From contig JBKAGE010000034.1 of assembly GCA_046290225.1 (NCBI GenBank), forward strand, positions 352,001 through 416,000: a DNA stretch of 64,000 nt, read 5' to 3'. The notes beneath the pieces were generated by a model that worked only from the letters and a program-made list of their open reading frames with translations, was not told where the DNA came from and did not search any database. Every line of letters begins with the position of its first letter. Within the stretch, counting starts at the first letter, position 1. The position numbers and the translations under genes are program-made. Positions 1 through 9,404 of this stretch are shown here, in pieces. The stretch comes from Bradymonadia bacterium (GTDB taxonomy: Bacteria > Myxococcota_A > Bradymonadia > UBA7976 > UBA1532).

Positions 1-2
1 AC

Positions 3-545
3 CTGAGTACCGTGGAAGACGAGCTGCACGGGGCCATGGGCCTCGTGGACTCGGTGCGCACCCTGGAGCTGTTTGCCCAGTACATCGATCACGTGACCCA
101 CTACCTGCGCAAAGAGAAGCGCCTCGATCCCGTCACTGGCAACTACCAGGATCCGGACGAGAAGCTGATGTCGGACGTAGAGAGTCGGATCGGAGTGAAA
201 GGCAACGCCGACGATGCCCGTGCCGGGGTACTCCACCGCATCGCTGCGTGGCGGATGGACAACCCCGACGCCCCCCTCGACTACCAGATCATCTTCAGCA
301 ACGAGATCGGCAAGATCACCGACGCCTTCTACGCCGAGAAGCGCGAGGTGGCCGATCGCATCAAACGCAACCTGCTGAAGTATCTCGTGGAAGAGAGCCA
401 TGGGCTCAACGCAGACGAGGTGGCTCAGGTCGAGCACACCTTGAAGTCTCTGGAAGAAGATTACGGATACGCCCGCCCGTGCGCCATCGACGTGGTGGGT
501 TTTGTGCTCAAGCACGGCCTCGTGAACCAGACGCGGGATCAGTGA
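3..545 (+). CDS. PrkA/YeaG-family serine protein kinase, C-terminal part (5'-truncated by the window edge)
   Basis: Frame is open from the window edge. LFAQYIDHV...DPVTGNYQDPDEKLMSDVE...GYARPCAIDVVGFV resembles the PrkA C-terminal domain. Confidence 0.75.
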   Translation: MSTVEDELHGAMGLVDSVRTLELFAQYIDHVTHYLRKEKRLDPVTGNYQDPDEKLMSDVESRIGVKGNADDARAGVLHRIAAWRMDNPDAPLDYQIIFSNEIGKITDAFYAEKREVADRIKRNLLKYLVEESHGLNADEVAQVEHTLKSLEEDYGYARPCAIDVVGFVLKHGLVNQTRDQ

Positions 546-606
546 CGATCCCCCATCGACCCGTACACCGATGCGGAACGCACGACGCTGTGCCAAAGGA
601 GAAGAC

Positions 607-1041
607 ATGAGGACGCTCTTCACGCGGATGACCCGCGGCCTGTCCCTGGCCGTGCTGGGCGTTGCCCTGAGCGCCGGTGTTGCCCTCGGCAACGCCAAGG
701 TGCAGGAGCAGCTCACCCAGTACACGGTGAAGGCTCAAGAGTTCGACGCCCAGGACAAGGACAACCTCGTCGTCAAGGAGCGGGGCACCCTGCGGGCCTG
801 GCTCAACGAGGCTCAGGGCCACCTGGCCAAGGACGACATCGACGAGTGCAAGCTGGCCCTCGATCGGGTCAAGGAGCAGACCAAGCTCATCGGCGCGCTG
901 CTCACTCAGGCCGAGCGCCTGAACACCGCCCGGGTGACCCACGACAAGGCCGCCAACCTGGAGCAGTCGCTCCTGAAGACCAAGAACGAGGCTCTGCGCC
1001 TCGAGGCCCGCAAGGCCGAGCTCGAGCAGCAGGGGTTCTGA
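607..1041 (+). CDS. Secreted coiled-coil hypothetical protein
   Basis: AGGAG-like RBS before ATG 607. Signal-peptide-like N-terminus and helical coiled-coil body. Stop lies 1 nt before the OmpA gene. Confidence 0.7.
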   Translation: MRTLFTRMTRGLSLAVLGVALSAGVALGNAKVQEQLTQYTVKAQEFDAQDKDNLVVKERGTLRAWLNEAQGHLAKDDIDECKLALDRVKEQTKLIGALLTQAERLNTARVTHDKAANLEQSLLKTKNEALRLEARKAELEQQGF

Positions 1042-1042
1042 G

Positions 1043-2215
1043 ATGCACGTGAATCAGCCGAAGACCCGCAAGTTCCTGGGCCTCAAGCTCGCCAGCGCCA
1101 CCGTGGCCGCCGGCGTGTTGCTGGCCTGCTCTGCCCCGCCGAAGACCAAGGCCATCCTCGACTACGAGGCCATGCGTCAGGCCGAAGAGGCCAAGATCAT
1201 CCAGGAGCGGTTTCCCGAGCTCTTCAAGAAGAGCGAGGCCAACTACCGCGAGGGGCTGGAGTACCACAACGACGGCGATGATGTTGAAGCCCTGCACTTC
1301 ACCCGCATGGCCACCATCATCTGGCGCACCGCCGCGGCCCAGAACAAGATCCGCGAGGCCGACAACTCCATCGCCGCCGGGCAGAACCGCATCCGCAACG
1401 CCCAGGAGTCCATCGAGGTGGCCACCGCCCGCCGCGACACCGCCCAGGTGGCTGTGAACCGCATGGAGCGGTTGCAGAAGATGGAGCAGGAGATGCGGGC
1501 CCAGCAGGCGGCCCTGGAGAAGCAGGCCAAGGCCAAGAAGGCCACCGAGAAGATCAACGGTGTGCTGGTGAAGCTCAAAGAGGTGGAGGCCATGGACGCT
1601 GAGCGTCACGCCCCCGGCGAGCTGAACCGCGCCCGGGCCAGCTTCCAGAACGCCCGCGAGGCCCTCGTGGCCAACAAGTTCCAGGAGGCCGAGGGCCTCG
1701 CCGATCTGGCCATGAAGGATGTGCTGGCCACCATGGCCGTGGCCAAGCCCAAATACGACGTGGAGCAGAAGGCCCGGGCCATCGAGGCCCGCCTGAAGGC
1801 CGTCGCCGAGTCTTCCTCCAGCGTGCCCACGGCCACCGCCCGCATCGCCAAGCGCGGCGTCGAGATCACCGTGCTCGAGGGTGAGCTCTTCAAGCGCAAG
1901 AAGACCAAGCTGCTGTCGGACGGCAAGGCCGTGCTCGGCCAAGCGGTGAAGCTCGCTCAGTCCTTCCCCGAGTTCAAGCTGCTCATCGAGGCCCACACCG
2001 ACAACCGTGGCCGCGCCCGGACCAACCTCAACATCACCACCAGCCAGTCTCAGGCTGTGATGAACCACCTCATCGAGGGTGGCATCTCCCCCGATCGCAT
2101 CACCTCGATCGGTCAGGGCGAAGAGGTGCCGATCCAGGAGAACTCCACCCGCGACGGCCGATCTCAGAACCGCCGCGTGAACATCGTCTTCCTGCGCCCC
2201 TCCGCCTCGAACTGA
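1043..2215 (+). CDS. OmpA-family peptidoglycan-binding lipoprotein with coiled-coil (DUF4398-like) region
   Basis: Lipobox LLAC. C-terminal OmpA motifs IEAHTDNRG...NL and GRSQNRRVNIV. Confidence 0.85.
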   Translation: MHVNQPKTRKFLGLKLASATVAAGVLLACSAPPKTKAILDYEAMRQAEEAKIIQERFPELFKKSEANYREGLEYHNDGDDVEALHFTRMATIIWRTAAAQNKIREADNSIAAGQNRIRNAQESIEVATARRDTAQVAVNRMERLQKMEQEMRAQQAALEKQAKAKKATEKINGVLVKLKEVEAMDAERHAPGELNRARASFQNAREALVANKFQEAEGLADLAMKDVLATMAVAKPKYDVEQKARAIEARLKAVAESSSSVPTATARIAKRGVEITVLEGELFKRKKTKLLSDGKAVLGQAVKLAQSFPEFKLLIEAHTDNRGRARTNLNITTSQSQAVMNHLIEGGISPDRITSIGQGEEVPIQENSTRDGRSQNRRVNIVFLRPSASN

Positions 2216-2429
2216 CCCCCTGCTCGGGGCAGCATCTCGCCCCTCGGCACGCCATTTCACCGTCCAGGTGTCCCCCCCTCTGCTGCGTGCAGCAGATTGC
2301 ACCTTCGTGCAGACAATCACTGTGTCATACACGAGAGTGAGGGGCCCCTCGTCGAGGGGCATCCCATCTTCGATGGGGGGCCGTGTCTTTACCCCCTCAT
2401 CGACACGCTGATGCGGTAGAGTAGGCCTG

Positions 2430-4340
2430 ATGATCCCCGCCCGCCTCGGACGATATGCACTCGGTGATGAAGTCGGTCGCGGCGGCATGTCCGTCGTGTA
2501 TCGCGGTCATGATCCCGTGCTCGACCGCATCGTGGCCCTCAAGGTGCTCCACCCCCACCTCACGGGTAGAGAAGAGTCCCGGGCGCGGTTCTCGCGAGAG
2601 GCCCGGGCCGCAGCCCGCCTCGAGCATCCGCACATCGTGGCGATCCATGACTTCGCCGATGCCGCTGAAGATCAGGCCTACATCGTCACCGAGTTCATCG
2701 ATGGCCCCACGCTGAGGGCCTTCATCGAAGCGCACCCGATCACCCGCCCCGAGGTGGCCGCCCTCGTGATGTTGCCCCTCTTCGAGGCGCTGGCCCATGC
2801 CCACGAGCATGGGGTGATCCATCGCGACGTAAAGCCCGAGAACATCATGTTCCGCCCTGACGGTGGCCCGGTGCTCATGGACTTCGGGATCGCCCAGATC
2901 GTCGACATGGAGACCCTCACCAGCACCGGCACCATCCTCGGCTCTCCGGCCCACATGGCCCCGGAGATCGTCGACGGCCAGCCTGCGGTGGAGCCCGCGG
3001 ACATCTTCAGCGCCGGGACGGTGCTCTACTGGTTGGTGTGTGGCGCTTTGCCCTTTTCCGGCCCCACCCCGGCAGCGCTCTTTCGGCGCATCCTCGAGGT
3101 CCGCTTCGATCCCGTGCTTCAACGCAGGCCTCACGCCGGCCGTGCCCTGGCCCGGCTCGTGGAGCAGTGTCTCGCCCGAGAGCCCACAGATCGGCCCAGC
3201 AGTGCCGCTGAGGTGGCCCGCACGCTCAAGGGTCTGCTCGAAGAGGCAGGCCTCGTCGACCCCTCTCAGGAACTCTCGGACTTCTTCACTGATCCAGAAG
3301 TGTACCAGGAGCGCCTCGGGCATCGGGTACTGCCGGTGTACCTCACCGCTGCTCAGGATGCCTGGTCGATCAAGCAGATCCCTCGGGCCCTCGATCTGCT
3401 CGATCGCGTGCTGGCCATTGACGAGGACCATCCCGAGGCTCAAGCCCTGCTCGCCCGCATCGAGCGCGGTCAGCGCAGCGGCACCATCATCCGCATTGCG
3501 CTGGCGGCCTCGCTCTTTCTGGGGCTGGGCGCTGGCGTGTGGGCCCTCACCCTCGATGAAAGTGGGCTCGGAACACCTGACGCCGGCATCACCGCAATCA
3601 CCACGGCTCAGCGTGACGCCGTCGTCGCCGTGGCGGATGCGACGCTGGATGCCAGGGTGCCCGACGCGGTGGTACCAGACGCCGAGATCCCTGATGCCAG
3701 AATCCCTGATGCCAGAGTCCCTGATGCGGCGCCCGACGCTCGGACGCCAGACGCCACGACGACAGTGTCCACCATGGCCAGGCGCCGTCGGCGACCCTCA
3801 CGGCGCGCTGACGCAAGCGTAGCCGCCAGGTTGCCCGCTGACGCCAGCGTGCCCGTGGCGAAGATCCCCGTGGAGTTCCGGGTGGGGCGCTGGCAGGGGG
3901 CCGCCATCAAGGTCGATGGTGATCTCAAAGGCTTCGGCGGCACACTCATGGGCCGACAGGCCCGTGGCAACCCGCTCACCTTGCCCCCAGGTCGCCACCT
4001 CGTAGAGATCACAGTGCCCGGCTGTGTGCCCTTCAAGAAGACATACACGCTCCGGAGTGGACAGCCCCGCCTGCTTGTGCCCTACAACTGCACGCTGCGG
4101 CCAGCGACCCTTGTAGTGAAGACTGCCAACCAGGCAGAGCGGCTGCCTGTGCTGGCGAGCAACCGCAGCGGCACCTACCGTGGCCTGACCAATGTGCCCT
4201 TCGCCATCAAGATGAGCGATCCCGAGACCAGCACTCGTGTCTCCGTACAGCACAAAGATCGGCAGCTGTGGTCCAACATCGTGAAACTCAGAGCCGGTGG
4301 TCAGAAGTCGGTGGATTATCCCTCAGGGGGTCAGCCTTGA
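2430..4340 (+). CDS. Membrane Ser/Thr protein kinase (Hanks type) with TPR-like segment, TM helix, (V/I)PDA repeats and PEGA-like C-terminus
   Basis: GRGGMSVVY, VALKVL, HRDVKPEN, DFG, APE and DIFSAG motifs. Confidence 0.93.
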   Translation: MIPARLGRYALGDEVGRGGMSVVYRGHDPVLDRIVALKVLHPHLTGREESRARFSREARAAARLEHPHIVAIHDFADAAEDQAYIVTEFIDGPTLRAFIEAHPITRPEVAALVMLPLFEALAHAHEHGVIHRDVKPENIMFRPDGGPVLMDFGIAQIVDMETLTSTGTILGSPAHMAPEIVDGQPAVEPADIFSAGTVLYWLVCGALPFSGPTPAALFRRILEVRFDPVLQRRPHAGRALARLVEQCLAREPTDRPSSAAEVARTLKGLLEEAGLVDPSQELSDFFTDPEVYQERLGHRVLPVYLTAAQDAWSIKQIPRALDLLDRVLAIDEDHPEAQALLARIERGQRSGTIIRIALAASLFLGLGAGVWALTLDESGLGTPDAGITAITTAQRDAVVAVADATLDARVPDAVVPDAEIPDARIPDARVPDAAPDARTPDATTTVSTMARRRRRPSRRADASVAARLPADASVPVAKIPVEFRVGRWQGAAIKVDGDLKGFGGTLMGRQARGNPLTLPPGRHLVEITVPGCVPFKKTYTLRSGQPRLLVPYNCTLRPATLVVKTANQAERLPVLASNRSGTYRGLTNVPFAIKMSDPETSTRVSVQHKDRQLWSNIVKLRAGGQKSVDYPSGGQP

Positions 4341-5194
4341 AGCGTGCTCTGCTCACCAGTCTCGCCCTCTGTGCCTGCGCAGGTGCTGCTCAGGCTCAAG
4401 GGCAGCCTGCTGCTGCGGCGGAAGCACCCTTCGACGCCGAGCGCGCTCTGGAGCGCGCCAACCGCGCGTACACCTTCGGGGACTACCAGACCGCCGTAAA
4501 CGAGCTCACTCCCGCTGTGGAGCCCAAGATGCGGCTGGTGGGCATCGGAGAGCAGGCTCGGGCCTTCGAGCTCCTTGGGCTGAGCCACTGGTACCTCGGC
4601 CAGACCAGCCTCGCCCAGCGCTACTTCCGGCGCATGATCCTGCTCAACCCTGACAAGGCCCTCGATCCACGGCTGGTGCCACCGCCCATCATCGAGTTCT
4701 ACGACGGCTTGCGGGCTGATCTCGCCGACGACATCAAGCGCTCCGAGGCAGAGCTGCGCAAACGCATCGAGGAAGAAGAGCGCCAACGCCAGGAGCGCAA
4801 CGCTTTGATCCGCGAGGTGACCATCGAGAAGCGCGAGCGGCTCGTGGCGCTCCTGCCCTTTGGTGCTGGCCAGTTTCAGAACGGGGATCACAAACTCGGC
4901 TGGTTCTTCATGATCTCGGAGGGGGCCGCGGCGATGACCTCGCTGGCCTGCTTCCTCGCCATCGAGAGCCTGCGGCAGGACAATACCCGCTTTCGCCAGG
5001 ACGAGACGGATCTCGCCCAGAACCTTCAGACCGTTCAGCTGACCTCGGCCTATCTGGCCATCGGCCTGGGGCTGGTGGGCATCATCGAGGCCCAGGTCAG
5101 CTTCACAGAGCAAGTCGAGACCGACCGCGGCTTCCTCCGCCCTGGCGGGCCGGACGGCTCCCCTGCTGGAGCCACGTTCATCTGGCGCTGGTAA
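4337..5194 (+). CDS. Secreted/membrane TPR-containing protein
   Basis: TTG start overlaps the kinase stop. Signal peptide, TPR-like helices (AFELLGLSHWYLG) and a C-terminal LLPFGAGQFQNG hydrophobic region typical of myxobacterial TPR proteins. Confidence 0.7.
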   Translation: MKRALLTSLALCACAGAAQAQGQPAAAAEAPFDAERALERANRAYTFGDYQTAVNELTPAVEPKMRLVGIGEQARAFELLGLSHWYLGQTSLAQRYFRRMILLNPDKALDPRLVPPPIIEFYDGLRADLADDIKRSEAELRKRIEEEERQRQERNALIREVTIEKRERLVALLPFGAGQFQNGDHKLGWFFMISEGAAAMTSLACFLAIESLRQDNTRFRQDETDLAQNLQTVQLTSAYLAIGLGLVGIIEAQVSFTEQVETDRGFLRPGGPDGSPAGATFIWRW

Positions 5195-5242
5195 GCTGAC
5201 CAGGCCATCGAGCAGCAGAAACATCGAGTAGAAAGAGAGGAC

Positions 5243-7027
5243 ATGCCCAGTCTGGTGCAACACGGCCGCAGCGCCCCCTCCCCGTTGGTGAGGCGGCTGA
5301 CCTCCATTGGCTCTGATCCCGAGAACGACATCGTCGTCGATGCAGACGGCGTACTCAGCACCCACGCTCACGTGAAGCTCGAGAGCGGCCGCTTCCTGCT
5401 GGTGGCTCTGCATCGCAGCGCCCCGGTGATGGTGAATGGTCGCAAGATCAAGAAGCACGTGCTCGAGCATGGTGACGAGATCGCCATCGGCGCCGCGGGT
5501 CTGCGTTTCAACCTCTGGGACGAGCCCGGGACGCAGGAGCGGGATCAGGACGAGGGCCCCGGCGGAGACGTCATGGGGGCCTACAAACGGCTGGTGATGT
5601 TCTCCACCACACTGGCCGAGCGCCTCGACGTGCCCACTCTGCTCGAAGCCCTCATGGACGAGATCATCGCCCTCACCGGGGCCGACAAGGGCTTCTTGCT
5701 GCTCATGGAAGAGGCACCGAAGGTGGTGACCGCCCGCAACCTCAAGCGGGAGAACGTCGCCGCCACCCTCAACCAGCTCTCGGACAGCATCATCAGGCGG
5801 GTCATCGAGGGTCGACAGCCCATCATCGTGAGCGATGCCCTCCACGACACCGAGTTCAAGAGCAGCGTCTCCGTGGTGCAGCTCAGGCTGTGCTCCGTGA
5901 TGTGCGTGCCTCTGGTGTTCAGAGGTCAACTGCTCGGACTCATCTACGTGGGCAACGACAATGTGGTGAATCTATTCGACGAGCACTCTCTCGAGCAGCT
6001 CACGGTCTTCGCCACGCAGGCTGCGCTCCTGCTCGATCACGCCATTCAGCGCGACGCCCTTCAGCGGGACAACAAGGCGCTGCGCACAGCGCTCGAGGGC
6101 AGCCGCTTCGGATCCATCATCGGCGCCTGTGATCCGATGCGCGGTGTGTTCCGCACCTTGGAGAAGGTCGCAGTCACTGACATCAACGTGCTCGTGCTCG
6201 GTGAAACAGGCACCGGTAAAGAGCTCATCGCCCGGGAGCTGCACCGTCGCTCCGCCCGCAAGGATGGCCCTTTCGTGGCAGTGAACTGCGGAGCGCTGCC
6301 TGCGGATCTCATGGAATCCGAGCTCTTCGGCCACCGCCGCGGGGCCTTCACCGGCGCAGTGGAGGACAAAAAGGGCCGATTCCAGGCGGCACACAAGGGC
6401 ACACTGTTCCTCGACGAGATCGGCGAGATGCCTGCAGCGTTGCAGGTGAAGTTGCTCCGAGCGATCCAGGATCGGACGGTGACCCGAGTGGGCGACAACC
6501 GCCCTCAGCCGGTGGACATCCGCCTGGTGGCGGCGACCCACGTCGACCTGCAGGAGGCGATCAGAGAAGGTCGGTTCCGCGAGGATCTCTACTACCGCCT
6601 GAACGTGGTGAGCATCACGCTCCCGGCCCTGCGGGAGCGTGACGAAGATGTGGTGCTCATCGCCCGCTACCTGTTGGAGCGGTACGCCAAGGAATACGAT
6701 CGCAAGCTCAAGGGCTTCACCTCCGATGCCCTCATCGCCATGCGCAAGCACGCCTGGCCCGGCAACATCCGGGAGTTGGAGAACCGCCTGAAGAAGGCGG
6801 TGGTCCTCGCCGAGGGCACTCAGCTGGGCCCAGATGATCTCGATTTGGGCGAAGAGGCCCTTGCAGATCGCATCCTGCCCCTCGCTGAAGCCAAAGAGGC
6901 GTTTCAGCGCCGCTACATCGACCAGGTGCTGGCCCTGAACAACCACAACCGCACCAAGACCGCCCGCGATCTGGGCGTCGATCCCCGGACCATCTTCCGC
7001 CACCTGGAGAAGACCCGCGGCGAGTGA
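5243..7027 (+). CDS. Sigma54-dependent enhancer-binding protein (FHA-GAF-AAA+-Fis HTH)
   Basis: N-terminal FHA-like (SIGSDPENDIV...S..HA) and GAF domains. GETGTGKE, GAFTGA, LFLDEIGE, FREDLYYRLNV, WPGNIREL and a C-terminal HTH. Confidence 0.95.
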   Translation: MPSLVQHGRSAPSPLVRRLTSIGSDPENDIVVDADGVLSTHAHVKLESGRFLLVALHRSAPVMVNGRKIKKHVLEHGDEIAIGAAGLRFNLWDEPGTQERDQDEGPGGDVMGAYKRLVMFSTTLAERLDVPTLLEALMDEIIALTGADKGFLLLMEEAPKVVTARNLKRENVAATLNQLSDSIIRRVIEGRQPIIVSDALHDTEFKSSVSVVQLRLCSVMCVPLVFRGQLLGLIYVGNDNVVNLFDEHSLEQLTVFATQAALLLDHAIQRDALQRDNKALRTALEGSRFGSIIGACDPMRGVFRTLEKVAVTDINVLVLGETGTGKELIARELHRRSARKDGPFVAVNCGALPADLMESELFGHRRGAFTGAVEDKKGRFQAAHKGTLFLDEIGEMPAALQVKLLRAIQDRTVTRVGDNRPQPVDIRLVAATHVDLQEAIREGRFREDLYYRLNVVSITLPALRERDEDVVLIARYLLERYAKEYDRKLKGFTSDALIAMRKHAWPGNIRELENRLKKAVVLAEGTQLGPDDLDLGEEALADRILPLAEAKEAFQRRYIDQVLALNNHNRTKTARDLGVDPRTIFRHLEKTRGE

Positions 7028-7207
7028 GGGGCACACATCTCGGGCTCCGTAGGGAAAACGCCCCTCATATGGGCCCAAACATTGCTCGAAACTCGCACGA
7101 TTTGCTACAACGCCCCGGTCGACCCCAAATTGCCTATTGGTGACCGACATTCGGGCCATTCAGATGGCCTGCCCCCAGTATAGATTTCCGGAAGCGAGGA
7201 GAAGCAC

Positions 7208-8395
7208 ATGGGGAACATCAAAGACTGGATGGTGGTGGCCCTGGCCGCCGGTGCCCTGACCCTGACCGCGGGCTGTGACGACGACAGCACCAGCGACGAC
7301 GGCGCCGGTGGCGCCGGTGCCGCAGCTGGCGCAGGTGCTGCTGGCGGTGGCGCTGCTGGCGCCGGCGGTGGCGTCGGTGGTGCAGGTGGTGGTGCTGCTG
7401 GCGCCGGCGGTGGCGCAGCTGGTGCTGGCGGTATGGCCGGCGGTGGCGGCATGGGTGGTGAGGGCGGCATGGCCGGTATGCCCGGCGGTGCTGGCGGCGA
7501 AGGCGGCATGGGCGGCGATCCCGGCCCCGTCGACAAGTGCGAGGACGGCGCGGGCGACATGACCGCTCTGGGCGCCATCAACGAGTTCGGCCCCAGCAGC
7601 CGCCTCGTGGGTCTCGCCATCCCCGAGAGCGCCGAGGCCGCCACTGAGGCCAACTGTGGTCTCGTGGGCCCCTCCAACGGCTCGGGCCTCTCGGCTCTGC
7701 TCGACCTCGTGGGCGGCGAAGGCCTCGACGAGTTCGTGCAGCCCGACGAGAACGGCGACATCAGCCTCCTGATCTTCTCCCAGTTCGCTGGCATGGCCGA
7801 GGGTGACACCATCCCCGGCACCGACACTGCCGACATCAACCTGTACGTCGGTGTGCAGGCCGAGGATGGCTTCCGCTACGCCAAGTCCTCCTTCGTGGAT
7901 TCGGATCCCGCCAACGGGCCCCTGATCTCCTTCGACGGCGCCAACATCTGCGACAACGGCTACCTCGAGGCCGGCCCCTCGGTCTTCACCGTGGACCTGC
8001 CCCTCGTGGAAGGTCTGCCCCTGGCCATCAGCCTGGAGCAGGCTGCCCTCCGCGGCTTCACCGCCGTGAACGGCTCCGGCCTCGACTTCAACGACGGCGT
8101 GATCGCAGGCTACCTGACCCGCGACACCCTGCTCGCCCTGGTGAACGGCATCATCACCGCCTGCGCCGCTGACGAGCCCCCCTCCCTCTGCGACACCGTC
8201 GGGCCCCTGCTCGGCAACGATCCCGAGGCAGGCCTCGACCTGCTCCTGAGCTTCATCGGCGACTTCGAGGCCGCCGTCGAGGGCAACGGCAACGTGCGCG
8301 ACTGCGACGCTGGTGTGCCCGACGACTGCAACGCCATTGGCGTGTGTCTCCAGGTGGAGATGGCCGCCGAGACCGTGGTCGGCATCGAAGACTGA
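7208..8395 (+). CDS. Acidic lipoprotein with Gly/Ala/Met-rich linker
   Basis: GAGGAG RBS, lipobox TAGC, a long G/A low-complexity tract and strong GC3 codon bias. Confidence 0.8.
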   Translation: MGNIKDWMVVALAAGALTLTAGCDDDSTSDDGAGGAGAAAGAGAAGGGAAGAGGGVGGAGGGAAGAGGGAAGAGGMAGGGGMGGEGGMAGMPGGAGGEGGMGGDPGPVDKCEDGAGDMTALGAINEFGPSSRLVGLAIPESAEAATEANCGLVGPSNGSGLSALLDLVGGEGLDEFVQPDENGDISLLIFSQFAGMAEGDTIPGTDTADINLYVGVQAEDGFRYAKSSFVDSDPANGPLISFDGANICDNGYLEAGPSVFTVDLPLVEGLPLAISLEQAALRGFTAVNGSGLDFNDGVIAGYLTRDTLLALVNGIITACAADEPPSLCDTVGPLLGNDPEAGLDLLLSFIGDFEAAVEGNGNVRDCDAGVPDDCNAIGVCLQVEMAAETVVGIED

Positions 8396-8396
8396 T

Positions 8397-8460
8397 CTTT
8401 GCTCCGACGCTCCGGCGGCGCCAGCCGCCTTTGCTCCGACGCTCCGGCGGCACCAGCCGC
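8397..8460. repeat. Tandem 32-bp duplication immediately after the lipoprotein stop codon
   Basis: CTTTGCTCCGACGCTCCGGCGGC(G/A)CCAGCCGC at 8397-8428 and 8429-8460, 31/32 identical. Confidence 0.9.
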
Positions 8461-8649
8461 CGTGAGCGCGGCGATTCCGCGCACAGCTGCGACCTTTCCG
8501 TCCTCGGGGTAGCGCTGCTACCCCTGCGGGTGAAAGCTCGCATCTGCACACGAACTCCCCACCCTCACGACGACTGTCGCCACCTCCGCGTCTCCGCGGG
8601 GCACGTGCATGACTGGCTCTGATTTCGTTGGGGGCACCAGATGAAGCAG

Positions 8650-9355
8650 TGGGCAGTCGCGGAGGCTGCGCTGAGCCTTTGTAGGCAGTCATCGCTTCGC
8701 TCTGCCTGCGTAGGCGCCGAGCCTTCGGCACATCTTCGATGCGCCTCGTCTGGCGCGTACACGTTCGGGCATCCGCTTCGCGGACACCCTTCCGGGTAGG
8801 CAGGGTCGCTCAGGGCTTCGCCCTTCTTGCTCGCTCCCCTGCGTAAAGAGCTTCTTCTGTATCTTGTTGCTGATGTCTGCCGGGACTCGACCTACCGCGA
8901 ACCTACAAGCCTCTGAGTGTGAATGCTCGGCGAAAGCCCCAACAGCGCCAGAATCAGTGCTAGAGCGCCATAAACAAATAAACTGTTAGGGAGCGCGCAG
9001 GATGGTGTTTTGAGATGGGCTTCGGTGGGCGCAGGCGATGCCGGCTAAAGCCTTTAAAGCATCGTCGAGTACCAGCGAAGCTCATATCGGAGCACCAGAC
9101 AAGCGTTCGCAGCAGGTATTTGTTTATGGTGCTCTAAGTCACACCAGAACTGACTTTTTACGCAGGGGAGCGAGCAAACAATGCGTCAGCATTGAGCGAC
9201 CTCTGCCTACCCGGAGGCCTGCTCGCCTCAGCGAGCGTGCCGACGTGTACGCAGCTCCAAGGCGGGCCGAAGGCCGGCCGTCGGCAGCTGCCTACGCAGG
9301 CAGAGCGAAGCGATGACTGCCTACAAAGGCTCAACGCAGACTCTGCGACTGCCCA
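8650..9355. repeat. Pair of ~200-bp imperfect inverted repeats (8650-8847 and 9157-9355)
   Basis: The blocks TGGGCAGTCGC..TGAGCCTTTGTAGGCAGTCATCGCTTCGCTCTGCCTGCGTAGGC, GCGTACACGT, TCCGGGTAGGCAG and TTGCTCGCTCCCCTGCGTAAA recur as reverse complements in the same order. Confidence 0.9.
8961..9136. mobile_element. MITE-like palindromic element (TAGAGC...GCTCTA ends)
   Basis: Terminal IRs TAGAGCGCCATAAACAAATA / TATTTGTTTATGGTGCTCTA with TA at both ends. The interior is also self-complementary, and there is no transposase ORF. Confidence 0.6.
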
Positions 9356-9404
9356 TTCAACTGTGTATCAGCGTTGAGTCCGTAACGCCCAAAGCCCGTC
9401 GGCA

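Noticed and set aside
2341..2385. Twin hairpins upstream of the kinase as a riboswitch
   Set aside because: These are two short GC-rich stems with no recognisable aptamer consensus and are insufficient evidence.
7300..7520. GGC/GGT-rich repeat as a DNA repeat element
   Set aside because: It simply encodes the Gly/Ala linker of the lipoprotein. The same applies to the PDA repeats at ~3650-3760 and the TAKTG repeats at ~47440-47495.
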